NCBI RefSeq assembly: GCF_006345805.1
Contig: NC_043001.1
Coordinates: 82,832,001-82,896,000 of the forward strand
DNA from: Octopus sinensis
Lineage: Eukaryota
Reading direction: 5' to 3'
Length of the DNA stretch: 64,000 bases
Shown here: positions 50,875 to 64,000 of the stretch, piece by piece
How positions within the stretch are numbered: the first letter of the stretch is position 1
Layout: every line of letters starts with the position of its first letter
Notes under the pieces: generated by a model
Seen by the model: the letters and a program-made list of their open reading frames with translations, nothing else
Databases searched by the model: none
What the model was told of the DNA's origin: nothing
Translations under genes and position numbers: made by a program

Positions 50875-51292
50875 TCTTTTACTCTCTTTAACGTGTTTCA
50901 GTCATTTGACTACGGCCATGCTGGAGCACCGCCTTTAGTCGAGCAAATCGACCACAGGACTTATTCTTTGTAAGCCTGGTACTTATTCTATCGGTTTCTT
51001 TTTTGCCGAACCGCTAAGTTACGGGGACGTAAACACACCAGCATCGGTTGTCAAGCGATGTTGGGGGGGCACACACAAACACACAAACACAAGTATACAC
51101 ACACACACATATATATATACATATACATATATACGACGGGCTTCTTTTAGTTTCCGTCTACCAAATTCACTCACAAAGCTTTGGTCGGCCCGAGGCTGTA
51201 GCAGAAGACACTTGCCCAAGATGCCACGCGGTGAGGCTGAACCCGGAACCGTGTGGTTGGTAAGCAAGCTACTTACCACACAGCCACTCCTA
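50875..51292 (-). mobile_element. SINE family A inserted between Gypsy RNase H and integrase
   Basis: Full near-consensus copy; Gypsy reading resumes on both sides. Confidence 0.92.
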
Positions 51293-53589
51293 AGCCTATA
51301 TAAAGAAAATTCTTTATCGGTAGTTTGATCTATAGACATTTCTTCTAAATTGATAATGCTTAATGAACTTAATACATCAAGATTCATACGAGAAAGTGAA
51401 TCAGCTGCAGAATTGTCAACACTCTTGATTTACCGTATATCCACAGTATACTGTGAAATATAATCAAGGTGTCTAATTTCTCTGGAAGAATATTTTTCGG
51501 AAGAATGTTTTAGTGCATGTGTCAATGGTTTATGATCAGTAAATAAGGTAAATTACCTATCTTCAAGAAGCTGTCTGAAGTATTTAATTGACAAGTAAGC
51601 TGACAGCAATTTTCTGCTGAAAACGCTGTATTTTGTTTCTGGTGCTTTGAATTTTTTTGAAAAGAAGGATAATGGTTGCCAAGAACCACAATGAAACTGT
51701 TGTAAAACTCCACCGATTCCAAAATCGGAAACATCAACTACCAACGACAATTTTGCTTCAGGAACCGGAAGGTTTAAGATTACTGCTTCACACAGATTTT
51801 CTTTTATGCTTTGAAAAGCCTTTAATTCACCAGCCTTTAAAGTTATGGCTTCATTTTTCTTTTTCCTATTCTTGAATAATTCAGTCAAAGGAAATAGACT
51901 TTCTGTACAATGTGGAATAAATCGTCTGTAGAAATTAATTAATCCTAAATATTCCCGGAGCTTTCTTAAAGAATTTGGTATTGGAAATTTATTAATAGCT
52001 TCATCTGGCAGTGGGCGAATTCAATCTTTATCAAATAGATGATCTAAAAAAGATGTAGTGCGTTTACCGAAAACACACTTTGATGGATTTATTACTGTAC
52101 CATATTTAGTTAGTCTCTCTGTTTCAAGTGATTTTCATGAACTTCTTCTGATGGACTAGCAATGAGAAAATCGTCTATAAAAGCAAATACGAAAGATAAA
52201 TATCTTGTTACTTCATCGATGAATCTCTGGAAAGTATTTGCTGCGTTCCTCAATCCCAAAGGCATACGAAGGAATTCATATAACCCAAATGGAGTTGTGA
52301 TAGCTGTTTTAGGTATATCTTTTTCTTCAACAGGAATTTGGTTGTGTGCTCAAACTAAATCTATCTTTAAAAAAGGTATTACAACCACTCAACGAAGCTG
52401 CAAAATCATAAGTGTGGGAGATTGGATATTTACCTGCTTCTGTCTTTGCATTAATTGTCTAAAATCCCCGCATGGACACCAGTCTATGAGATATTTTTTA
52501 CCAAAATTAAAGGTGTCGATCAGTTACTGCTAGAAGGACGAATTATTCCGAGGTCTAACATGTGACGAAATTCAGCCTTAGCAATTTTTAATTTCTCTGG
52601 AGATAATCTTCAAGGTTTGGAAAAACTTGGTGGCCCATGGGTTATAATGTGATAAGTGACTGAATGAACACATTGGTGTTTAGAGCTAGTGATTTTGTAA
52701 TTTCAGGATAAATCTACAATATTCTGTGATAACGATTTTCGGAGGATGCCATAAAATATAACGGACTAACTGTTGCATTCCTGCATCTCATGTCTTGAAT
52801 GTTTAATGACGTTACTGTGTCAATTAATTTTTGTTTCTTAACATCTACCATTAAATTGTAATGGGAACGAAAATCTACCCCCAATATCGGATAAGGAAAA
52901 TCCGCTTCAATGAAAATTCACTTATATTCTCTCCTTAAATGCAAATCGAGAGTTAAGCTAATTTCTCCAAATGTTTGGATGTCAGACTGATTAACTGCTT
53001 GTAAAGTCAAATAAGCAGGCTTAGGTTTCTCTTTCAAAAGTTTAGCAGGGCAGATGGAACAAGCTGCTTTTGTATCCATTAAAAATCTTTGTTTGGAGTT
53101 AGCGTCAAATATGAAGAATACGCGACTCGTTAGGAAGTTGTCCACAGATTTCGTCGCGTCTAATCTGTGGATGAAAAGTTCCCCGACCTTTTTTGTTCAG
53201 AAAATCAAAGGAGTATGGCTTATTACAGCAATAAGATTTGTCACCGAACTTTGAATTGTACCAGCATATTGCATTTCTTTTTGGGACTTTTTGATCTTCT
53301 ACGCCATCTTGCATTATTTCTATTATAAGAGCGTTCATCTCTTCCCAGTTGAAGACTTTCGATCTTGTCAATAATTTAAATTGTTTCTTGTTTCATTGAT
53401 CAACTGTAATTCTGAAGAAATGGATGGCAAGGCATTTACAGACTCTCTAGATGATAATTCCATAATATCATCTGCCAAATCTGCCAATTGTTTGAGAGAG
53501 TGTTGCTCTTTCACCGCTAAAAGTAGTGTTTGAGTAATATGAGGTAACTTGCCAAAGAAAACTTGCTTAAGATAAGACTCTTCGATCTC

Positions 53590-53995
53590 TTTCTCTTTTT
53601 ACTCTTTTACTTCTTTCAGTCATTTGACTGTGGCCATGCTGGAGCACCGCCTTTAGTTGAGCAAATCGACCCCAGGACTTATTCTTTGTAAGCCTAGTAC
53701 TTATTCTATCGGACTCTTTTACCTAACCGCTAAGTTACGGGGAGGTAAGCACACCACCATCGGTTGTCAAGCCATGTTGAGGGAACGAACACAGATACAC
53801 AAACATATACACACACATATATATATACATATATTCGACGGGCTTCTTTCAGTTTCCGCGTACCAATTCCACTCACAAGGCTTTGGTCGGCCCGAGGCTA
53901 TAGTAGAGGACATCTGCCCAAGGTGCCACGCAGTGGGACTGAACCCAGAAGCATGTAGTTGGTAAGCAAGCTACTTACCATACAGCCACTCCTAC
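53590..53995 (-). mobile_element. SINE family A inserted in Gypsy gag
   Basis: Full copy; gag continues on both sides (MKELLGNQ... / EESYLKQV...). Confidence 0.92.
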
Positions 53996-54692
53996 GCCTG
54001 TTAATTTCCAAGATTATCTGTTGATTTCCAAGAAGTTCTTTCATTCTACGATGAAGTTGAGTAGGTTTTCTGCCATCTAGTTATTCGTTATTGAACAGTT
54101 TAGCAAATTCTTTTTGCCTTGAATTGGAAGTCCTCTTTAGTATCTCTTCCTTTTCGGAAGAATATGAAAATGGTTCAGTAGGATCTACTAATAAGTCCCT
54201 AATTTCATTACTCAGAGGTGGTGGTAAGTTACTTAACATTATTTTATACTTTTGTGCCTCTGTTGTTAGTCTGCTTGCTGCAAAACTTGCTTCTGATTAA
54301 GCAAACCAAATAAGAGTATCTCCCGTCCAAGCAGGAGGCGAAACTGTTTTAGAAGCTTGCATGTATCCTCTATCAAAATAAGACATTTCAATCTCTTTAA
54401 TATTTTCTTCCATTCAAATATATTATAATTTCCAAAAAGAAAATTTTGCTCTTAGTGAAATAATGCTTTGAACTCCTATGAAATATAATTTAAATTTGCT
54501 AGAAAGTGCAGTTAAAACTTCTTATAACTATTTGTGTTTATTTCTTCAGCGTTTTTTTTCTTCAACTTTTAATATCAAATATTTCTGTTAATAAAATTTT
54601 GTGTAATGAAACTGTATTCTATTTTCTATTGAAAATTTTATATATTTTTCCCAAGTGTTAATACTTTTATAATGTGATGGTTTATCTACGTG

Positions 54693-54712
54693 ATCACGTT
54701 GGGAGGTCACCA
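54693..54712 (-). other. Primer-binding site, tRNA-Trp-like
   Basis: Minus strand TGGTGACCTCCCAACGTGAT versus the complement of the tRNA-Trp 3' end TGGTGACCCCGACGTGAT; upstream of gag. Confidence 0.75.
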
Positions 54713-56340
54713 CTTTTTATAGCCGGTTTGGTTACTGTTGGTGTAACACTACTTTTATATGTTTCCTATTTGGAAATAGATAATAAATATATTTTACTTT
54801 TGAAGTAGGAATATATATTGATAAACACGTCACTTATAACTTACTTATAAAAATTATCATTATACATATATCCTGCATCCAGTTACATAAACGCCATAGT
54901 GAGAAATATACACACTGAAACGCTAACGGACATTTTGTGCATGCATGTATGTTGAAGATATTACAGTTTCATAATTGCAGAAATTAATTTCAGTTATAAG
55001 TTGAAGAACGCGAAGAAAGAGAAAATTCTACTGCATTAGTTGATTTATGTACATTTAGCATTTATAGTACAATTGGAAAGTAAAGTCATTTTGCCGTAGA
55101 AAGTTACGACTTAAAATTCACACTAGCTAATCCTTCGTACTAACTATTAGGGTTCACCACAATTCAAATAAGTCTTGTTGAATTATGCCAAGTCATAGAC
55201 ATGGCATAAAAAATAGCCAGTATCTCAAGGAGTGAGTGTCATGGAGTTTAGTAACATCCAACGATCACTGAGTAATTTCCCCAAAATCAGGGTTTTTATA
55301 ACTGCTCATATCCGAATTCTAAGGACCGTATTTCGTGAAAGATTTCTTTGACAAAAGTTTAGAATTTGTATATCGGCAGTAATTTTAACCAATGGGATTA
55401 CCAACAATTATGCTTGTTCGGGCAAATGATCATTACGTCATATTGCCGCCTTTTATGACTTGCTACACATACATACATACGTAATTGTGAGTATGTATAT
55501 ATAGGTATGTATGTATGTATCTATCAATATATATATAAATAAAGACATGAAATATGAAACGCAGAAAACACTGTTGATATTCTTATGCTTTATATACAGC
55601 TGTTTCAATAAGCCGGCGGCTTATTTCTTCGGTGAATTCGCAAAAGATGTGGTACGTCCTTTTAAACTATAGTCATATTAATTATCCGTTGACATAGTAA
55701 GCAAACTGTAAACTCACTGGCAACTTGTTGTGCATGCTGCCACACTATTAATTAGATGCGCGTGCTCCACCCCCTCCACACACACAATATACACACGCAC
55801 ACTCGCACAGACACACACACATACATGCATGCGTACAAACACATACCCACACATTAAACCTATAAAATCTTGTTGAAACACTCGGATATTATAATGCACT
55901 ACTTTTGCAAACTTTTCGAAGATTTGCCCAGAATTATATTCGATCGGAGCTGAGTTGGGAGCCAAACAGCCCGAACTCCCAACAGAGAAAACAAAAAGTA
56001 CAAAGGAAAAGACCTTAAAAGAGAGAAATCGTCCAGCTTCCGGTTTGTAATATTGGCTTAAAATATTCTATTGCGTGCTTTCATTGACTTTGCGGCCATT
56101 TTGTTTGTTTCTTTTGTTGTTGGTTTATTTTTGCCTCACCTTAAATGACTAGACGAGTAAATGTGAAATAATAAAATATCGCTTTGTGACATCAGCAACA
56201 AAGTTTTATAGCTTGCAAATGGTTTAGAGGAGATTTGATTTGATTTGGAAATTTACTAACTAAATTAGATTAACGGAAAGATGTTAGGACAGAGCAAGTG
56301 TGCCAAAGTGAAAGTGAATCAGAGGAAGAAGAGGACGAAG

Positions 56341-56382
<42 letters not shown>

Positions 56383-57217
56383 AGAGAGGAGTGATTTGTG
56401 AGAGGAGAAAGTGATGAGGAAGAGATGGAGGTGCAAGATGCTAAGAAAGTAGATTCATAGAGAATGACAGTTTGAGGATAGAAGACTGAATGGTGGTAGG
56501 AGAGGTGGAGGAGATAATGATGGTAGTGTGTATATGGACTGTATGTGTATGCAGACATGTGTGTGTGTTTGAGTGTGTGTGTGTGTGTGTGTGTTTGAGT
56601 GTTACACTAACTGTATATGTAGCAATGTGCTGAATGTGTATACACACGAGTATGAGATCACTCGCAGATTGTTTATGAGTATGTGTTTGTTTGTAAGTGT
56701 GTGTGTATGTGCGTGTGTGTAGATGCATGTGTGAGTATGTATATGGCTGTGTGTGTGTGTGCTGATTGATTGGACACGCGTGTCTTTGTGCACACACACA
56801 CATATGTGTGTGTGTGTGTGGAAATCGCGTGTGTATGAGTATTTTTATTGTGTATATAGACACGTCTGCATATGTAACTGCGTGTGTGAGTGTGTGTGTG
56901 TGTGTGCGTGCGTGATTATGTCTGTGTGTTGTAGTGTACGCATATTTGTGATTTATGCGTGAGTATGTGCGTGCAGTGTGTGGGTGTATCTATGAGTGTC
57001 TGTATATGTTCGTGCTTGTGTGTGTGTGTGTGGTGTGTGTGTGTGTACGTGTGTGTATATTGTGCGTGTGAATATTGAGTGTATTACGGGCGCGGTAATA
57101 AAAATATAAGGGATTCCGGAAACCGTAAATAATTCAGATGAAGTAGTGGACGTCGAAGGAGAAACTGACATGATAATAATAATAATAATAATAGCAACAA
57201 CAACAACAACAATAATG

Positions 57218-57258
<41 letters not shown>

Positions 57259-57499
57259 TATTATTATTATTATAGTAGTAGTTGTAGCAGCAATGATGAT
57301 GATGAAGATGACGATGATAATAATAACAAATTTTTATTGCCACCAGGGCCCATTCATACATATTAAAAAATGGGTTATAAAGGTGTTATAAAAGCACGTG
57401 GAATATATATAGTAAAAGTTACATAAAACCGAAGTGAGAGGCGAAGCCATTATAGAAATATTAAATTGTTTTTTTTTATTAATTACAGAAATAATGATA

Positions 57500-57571
<72 letters not shown>

Positions 57572-57574
57572 TAT

Positions 57575-57658
<84 letters not shown>

Positions 57659-57702
57659 TATATATATATATATATAATATATATGTGTGTGTGTGTGCGT
57701 GT

Positions 57703-58003
57703 GGAGGCGCAATGGCCCAGTGGTTAGGGCAGTGGACTCGCGGTCGTAGGATCGCGGTTTCGATTTCCAGACCGGGCGTTGTGAGTGTTTATTGAGCGAA
57801 AATACCTAAAAGCCCCACGAGGCTCCGGCAGGGGGTGGTGGCGATCCCTGCTGTACTCTTTCGCCACACCTTTCTCTCACTCTTTTTTCTGTTGGCCTGC
57901 TCGCTTAGCCAGCGGAGTGGCGTCATTTGAAGGCTAAAACAATGCGAAGTGCTTTGTGACCAGCGATGTGTAGCAACATCTGATAGCCTGGTCGGTCACG
58001 GTG
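57703..58003 (+). mobile_element. tRNA-derived SINE, family C (tail type 2)
   Basis: ggaggcgcaatggcccagtggttagggcagtggac...gtttcgatttcc head; same body as 24979 until ttctgttg, then a different tail ending cacggtgatata. Confidence 0.9.
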
Positions 58004-58421
58004 ATATATATAAATATATACTCAGAATATAATTTAAGAACACGAGCGATGGATCGTAAGGAGTTAAATTAGATGTTAGAATTGGAGGTAATGCAACTGT
58101 TCTTGTATTCGATACAAGCAAAAAAAAAAAAGCAAAAGAAAAAAATAAGTACACTGTCTTGAATTCGGTTTTCTTTCCTAGTCTCAATTACGAAAGGGTG
58201 CTGAAAAGTTCCTGGCTTTAAGTTTATCGCGAAAGGCTTGGTTGGAGGCCTAACTTTCCGAGTTCTTGGTAGTCCATGTTGTAATCAACTCTGGCCGTGT
58301 CAATGTTGTTTCTGCCATGGAAGCCTTAAATAACAAGTAACTGTTGATTCGGCTTGAATGAAATGTGGGGGAAGTAAGTAATATAGTAAGATACATACAC
58401 ATATATTTACATACAAATATA

Positions 58422-58642
58422 TACGAGGATTTGTGATAAGTTCCTGGCTTTAAAGGTATCACAAAAGGTTTAGTTGGAGGCCCAACTTCCTGAGTTCTTT
58501 TACAAGGCTTAGAAAAACTGAAGGACTGCTACAATAAATGTGAGAATCTGAGAGGGAAAGATGGTGGATAAGATCATAATTAACTGATCCTCCTGTATTT
58601 CCTATTGCCTAAAGCCAGGAACTTTTCAACACCCACCTCATA
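58422..58642. mobile_element. Tc1/mariner-type MITE
   Basis: TIRs tacgagg...aagttcctggcttt / aaagccaggaacttttcaacacccacctcata, TA at both ends; extra partial TIR at 58189-58250. Confidence 0.8.
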
Positions 58643-58649
58643 TAGTCAG

Positions 58650-59110
58650 GAATATTGGATAATGACCGAAAGATTACGATCGCGAATATAAGGCACCGAA
58701 ATGGGAGTCTTCCGTAGGATCTCTGGAGTAATGTTACTAGATAAGATTCGTAGCTTAGGAATCAAGGAGTCTCTACAGGTCGAGTCGTAACTCCTACCCA
58801 TTGAGAGATCATGAATCCGGTTCAATGAACATGTGATTAGAATTTGATTGGAAAGAATCGCAAGACGGTTTCTCTGAAGCCGAACCAACCGGCAGGAAAC
58901 CTAGGGGTAGAACGAGATGGCTGGATGGACGCTCATAGACTCAGTTGGTCATGCTTGGGAATCCAAATGGAAAGTATAATGATGGTTGCTTCTGATAAGA
59001 CTCTGTGTAGGGGATGCCTGAGGACTCTACTCCCATGACTCTCCAAAGAAAAAGGGCAGAGGAGATGGATGGATGGTTGGATGGACGAATGGATGGATGG
59101 AGGGATGGAT
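58650..59110 (+). mobile_element. RTE-clade (Expander/Rex3-like) LINE 3' end with (GATG)n tail
   Basis: WIMTERLRSRI*GTEMGVFRRISGVMLLDKIRS..IKESLQVES.LL.IERS...HV.RI...TGRKPRGRTRWLD. Confidence 0.82.
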
Positions 59111-59849
59111 TCAACCGATATACAGGTAGAAATAACCATCTAGAGTTTACTTAGGGCCTGACTCCTCTCTGATTCCATGTTCTTCATATCCTCTATGATA
59201 AGGTAGTCGAAATGATCAGTTCAACAAGTTCTAGTGACCGACTGAATTGTTAGCGTGGGTAAGAAAGGGTTCACTTTCTCCATCTTCGCTTTGTCTTTTC
59301 CTTGTCATTTTTTGCAGTATATCCTAAAAGTTCACCTCGAATGCAATGGGCTTCTCTTCCTAATATCTGTTGGAATTATTTATGCTTTACTTTCGAATTC
59401 CGTTTGCTTTCAAATGACCCCGACAAGCGGCAGCATGATTGTGTAATTACGAAGTTCGCTGTCTAACCACTAGAATTCGGGTTCGGTTGCGCTACACGGC
59501 AAGTGCCTTCTTCTAGTGTCTCTGGCTAACAAATGCCTAGTGAGTGAATTTGATTGATAGAATCTGTGTTGCAAAAGCCTGATCGTTTTAACGCTGCTGA
59601 CACCAGCGCATTGAAGGGTACTGCCTAGGTGACGAAACCACAAAGATATCCGTTTGGCAGCTGATGAATACATTCTTGCTATGGTTGTTTATGGATTTTC
59701 CCATCTTAGTCTTGATTTGTCCTTCATTCTGGTAAGAGGAAAAGTGTTTGCAGATTCATGGTTTGTGGAAGTTACTTACATTGTCATGGTTAATCTTAAT
59801 AAACTTGGAAAACGCTTAGATATCATCTAGTTTTGGGAGGTTCTGTGGC

Positions 59850-59859
59850 ACATATATAT

Positions 59860-59947
<88 letters not shown>

Positions 59948-60228
59948 TGTATGTATGTTGTGATATTGTATGTATGTATGTATGTATGTATGTATGTAGG
60001 ATGTATGTATGTATGTATGTATGTATATATAGTATGTAAGTGTCGAACAATGAAAATGATGTTTCACCGCTACGCATTTGAATACCTTGCACTCTTAACT
60101 GGACACCACGAGACCCAGGGTGCAACAATGAGCGCTTTCTTGAAAACGCTACACTCTCACTTTATCATCCTTCGCCTGTTGTCGCTCTTCGCGCCCACGC
60201 GCATAAACAAACACACACATATATATAT

Positions 60229-60314
<86 letters not shown>

Positions 60315-60598
60315 TATGTATGTATGTATGTATGTATGTATGTATGTATGTATGTATGTAGGATGTATGTATGTATGTATGTATGTATATATATGTATGT
60401 AAGTGTCGAACAATGAAAATGATGTTTCACCGCTACGCATTTGAATACCTTGCACTCTTAACTGGACACCACGAGACCCAGGAGTGCAACAATGAGCGCT
60501 TTCTTGAAAACGCTACACTCTCACTTTATCATCCTTCGCCTGTTGTCGCTCTTCGCGCCCACGCGCATAAACAAACACACATATACATACATACATGC

Positions 60599-60629
<31 letters not shown>

Positions 60630-60959
60630 ATATATCTATATATATATGTATGTATGTATGTATGATGTATGTTGTATGTATGTATGTATATATATATTAT
60701 GTATGTATGTATGTATGTATGTATGTATGTATGTATGTATGTATGTATGTATATATATGTATGTAAGTGTCGAACAATGAAATGATGTTGTTTCACCGCT
60801 ACGCATTTGAATACCTTGCACTCTTAACTGACACCACGAGACCCAGGAGTGCAACAATGAGCGCTTTCTTGAAAACGCTACACTCTCACTTTATCATCCT
60901 TCGCCTGTTGTCGCTCTTCGCGCCCACGCGCATAAACAAACCACATATACATACATACA

Positions 60960-60960
<1 letters not shown>
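59850..60960. repeat. Tandem triplication of a ~363 bp unit (microsatellite plus ~185 bp unique core)
   Basis: Core gtatgtaagtgtcgaacaatg...gcgcataaacaaac starts at 60032, 60395 and 60759. Confidence 0.95.
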
Positions 60961-61044
<84 letters not shown>

Positions 61045-61143
61045 AATTAAAAAACAGAGAAAAAAGGACAAGAAAAAAACAACAATGCGAGTAGGTGGTA
61101 CATGCAAAGTACTAATAAGACGCTCAGAGAAGGAAAGACAGAG

Positions 61144-61186
<43 letters not shown>

Positions 61187-61947
61187 ACACACATATACAC
61201 AGAGTTAGAAAGACAGACAGATAACTAGATATATACCTGTATATTTATAGATATATAGTTACATATAAATGTATATATATATATGTATATAGATATATGT
61301 ACATACATATATATGTATATATATATAGATACATATATATGTATATATATATATGTTCATATATATATGTATATATGTGTATGTGTGTGTGTGTTTGTGC
61401 GTGTGTAAGCTTACACTTCTGTGTTTCTAAGTGTCCTGTATGAATAGACGAAAACAACCGGTCACGTTTCAACAAACAAGTGAAATTGCGTGTTTTTATG
61501 GCGTGTTATCTCATAACGTGTTGAAATAATGGAAATTTCTTTTTTATTTTCCATAATTGTATAAATTTTAAACAGGCCGCTCAAGTGTGTATAGCAGGAA
61601 ACTTGTTTTCGTTACAAAAAAATTATATATATTACAAACATTGTATTCAGTTGTATAAGAAATAACTTTTTTGAAAGTAGAATCCGAGGAAAAAGATTTA
61701 ATACTGTTTAATATTTTGTTATAAGAGAAACACAGTATATTCATGATGTTAGGTGATGGTAAAAATATAATAAAAACAGATTAAAAATTTTGGACAGTGA
61801 AAATAAATCTATCTTCCAGCGATATTGAGATATACCTGCAGGTGAACCGTTAATATACGCGCGCGCGCGTGTTGTGTGAGTGAGTGTGTGCGTGTGTTTG
61901 CGTATGCATATATATATTATATATATACATAAATAATATATGCATAA

Positions 61948-61981
<34 letters not shown>

Positions 61982-62449
61982 TTACACACAGACATATAAA
62001 TACATATACAGCGAAGAGAGAGAGAGAGAGACAAATACCTGAATATTAAGTACTATAGAAATTAAATTCTTAATATACGTATATATATGTATATATATAT
62101 GCATATGTGTGTCTTGTGTGTATATATATGTGTGTATGTTTATACATATGTATAAATAAACGTTTAAATACATACGTATATACATACATATATCATATAT
62201 ATATATATAGATATATAATATATGTAATATATAATATATATATATATATATATAATATATATCTATATATTATATATATGTATGTATGTATATATGTATA
62301 CATTTGTGTATATATAGAGGCAATTATGCGGATAAACATTAAACATAACAGATTCGGATTGATATAAAAAATATGTTATATTTATCCATGCACAACGAGA
62401 GAAAGCAAAGACTGAAGACAATGAATATTTAAATAATAATATATACGGT

Positions 62450-62812
62450 TCCAGGTTCAGTCCCACTGCGTGGCATCTTGGGCAAGTGTCTTCTGCTATA
62501 GCCCCGGGCCGACCAATGCTTGTGAGTGGATTTGGTAGACGGAAACTGAAAGAAGCCTGTCGTATATATGTATATATATATATGTATGTGTGTGTTTGTG
62601 TGTCTGTGTTTGTCCCCCTAGCATTGCTTGACAACCGATGCTGGTGTGTTTACGTCCCCGTCACTTAGCGGTTCGGCAAAAGAGACCGATAGAATAAGTA
62701 CTGGGCTTACAATGAATAAGTCCCGGGGTTGATTTGCTCGACTAAAGGCGGTGCTCCAGCATGGCCGCAGTCAAATGACTGAAACAAGTAAAAGAGTAAA
62801 GAGTAAAGAGTA
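62450..62812 (+). mobile_element. SINE family A
   Basis: ggttccaggttcagtcccactgcgtggc...gaaacaagtaaaagagtaaagagtaaagag. Confidence 0.93.
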
Positions 62813-62959
62813 TATATTTATAGATCAAACTTAGACAGAGTACAAATGACATAGAAAATTAGGGGGTGGGGTGAAGTAAGGTGTTATAAGCTCAACAGCT
62901 GTTTCTGGAATCTCGGAGATACACCATTATGTTGGTATATGTAGTTCATCACAATGTGC

Positions 62960-63672
62960 AGGCCGTTAAGGAGGCCATCAACATTGGAGAAATCGAGCCT
63001 CCGTCATCAAGCTGTTATATTCATTTTGTTTATCAGCCTGTTATCTGTCAAACTTGCCACATGTCCAACCCAGTAGGACTTTTGGTTTCGGTATTCTGTG
63101 TTCAAGTCGTTCACTCCACTTCCTTCCCGAATTACCTCATTTCCGATATGTTCTCGCAATAATATACCCAGTATGGATCATTCGCTGCCAATTAACTCTT
63201 TCCCTTTTCGTAAATGCCCATATCCCATTTGCATATAAGAGCGCAGACAGTATGGTACTGCTGAAAAGTCTGGTACGTATAGTCTTGTCTAGTTTTGCTT
63301 TGACCACATCCTTTATTCACGTAAACGTCTTCCATCCTGTTCTTATTCTCCTCCTGATTTCGCATCCATGTTTTGGCGCCTTTTCACTGAATACCCTAAG
63401 CAGTCATATCCCTTTACCTCCTCGATTTCACCACTTCCCACCTCTATTCAGCTTGGTGCTGTTTTCAAACCAAATGTATTTTGTTTTCATGCGGTTTGTA
63501 TGAAGGTCTATTGCTGCGTTGTGGGTATCTTGCTCTCTCAGTATAATCTATAGCTGATCTGAGTTTTCGGCGATAAGTGCGCTGTCATCTTCGAATCGAA
63601 GATGTCTAATAGTTCGTCGTTGATCTTTGACCTTTTCTAGACTTGCCCTTGTTAAATTCCCTTCCAAATCGG
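62960..63672 (-). mobile_element. RTE-clade LINE reverse transcriptase fragment, decayed
   Basis: LRFEDDSALIAENSDQL, MKTKY, IEEVKGYDCLG, IRRRIRTGWKTF, LFSSTILSALLY, IGNEVIR, YWVGHVA. Confidence 0.85.
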
Positions 63673-63799
63673 AACTATGTATATGTATATATATATATAA
63701 TATATATATATATATCATTCAACTACGGTAGTAGTTGTATAATACACTAATTATATTATTTACATTTGACAGATATTTGTCCTCATCTTGTTTGTTGTT

Positions 63800-63845
63800 A
63801 ACACAACGTTTCGGTTGATATACACTCCAGCTTTCTTCAGGTGTC
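63800..63845 (-). ncRNA. Minimal hammerhead-like motif in a short microsatellite-flanked element (63717-63895)
   Basis: Minus strand gacac-CTGAAGA-a-agctg gagtgtatat caacc-GAAA-c-GTT-gtgtt: 5-bp stem I, ACGT stem III, stem II with mismatches. Confidence 0.55.
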
Positions 63846-63903
63846 TTGGGGAAATTTCGAGCCTGGGTTCTCATTCCTAAGGTATTTTTCGATGTTGTTG
63901 TTA

Positions 63904-63965
<62 letters not shown>

Positions 63966-63968
<3 letters not shown>

Positions 63969-64000
63969 GAGTGAGCGAGCAGAGCATGCCATCAAAGTGA
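63966..64000. mobile_element. Terminus of another (TAA)n-associated element
   Basis: (att)n followed by ttgagtgagcgagcagagcatgccatcaaagtga. Confidence 0.85.

Larger units (their letters stand above)
49260..54712 (-). mobile_element. Ty3/Gypsy LTR retrotransposon internal region, decayed (gag, protease, RT, RNase H, integrase)
   Basis: gag PPAWTGDTLIWF..EASF, LADLADDIME; protease FLMDTKAA; RT TAITTPFGLYEFLRMPLGLRNAANTFQRFID, FAFIDD; RNase H VDVSDFGIGGVLQQ...PLSFFSKK; integrase TTSYHPQSNGMIE.FHRQLK, GPFKVL. Many stops and frameshifts. Confidence 0.95.

Overview
AT-rich eukaryotic DNA packed with microsatellites and transposable elements. The repeat families look like octopus/cephalopod genomic repeats (recognition, not a database result). 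No host gene is confidently identifiable; most ORFs in the supplied track are microsatellite read-throughs. Interpretable content: (1) two Penelope-like retroelements (PLEs), a Neptune-type copy arranged as a ~3.1 kb inverted repeat (8.46-11.55 kb) and a near-complete Naiad-type copy (28.0-31.6 kb) with a hammerhead ribozyme in its 3' end and an Asn-rich linker lacking the usual Cys motif; (2) several more hammerhead-like motifs in short microsatellite-flanked elements; (3) a decayed Ty3/Gypsy internal region with a tRNA-Trp-like PBS; (4) fragments of Tx1/L1, R4/Dong, RTE and CR1 LINEs; (5) at least four tRNA-derived SINE families, one sharing its 3' tail with the Tx1-like LINE and forming tandem arrays; (6) a (TAA)n-associated ~560 bp element, one copy fused to an R4 fragment; (7) DNA-transposon MITEs, a ~1.07 kb palindrome and tandem duplications. 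There is a 100-N gap at 36235-36334.
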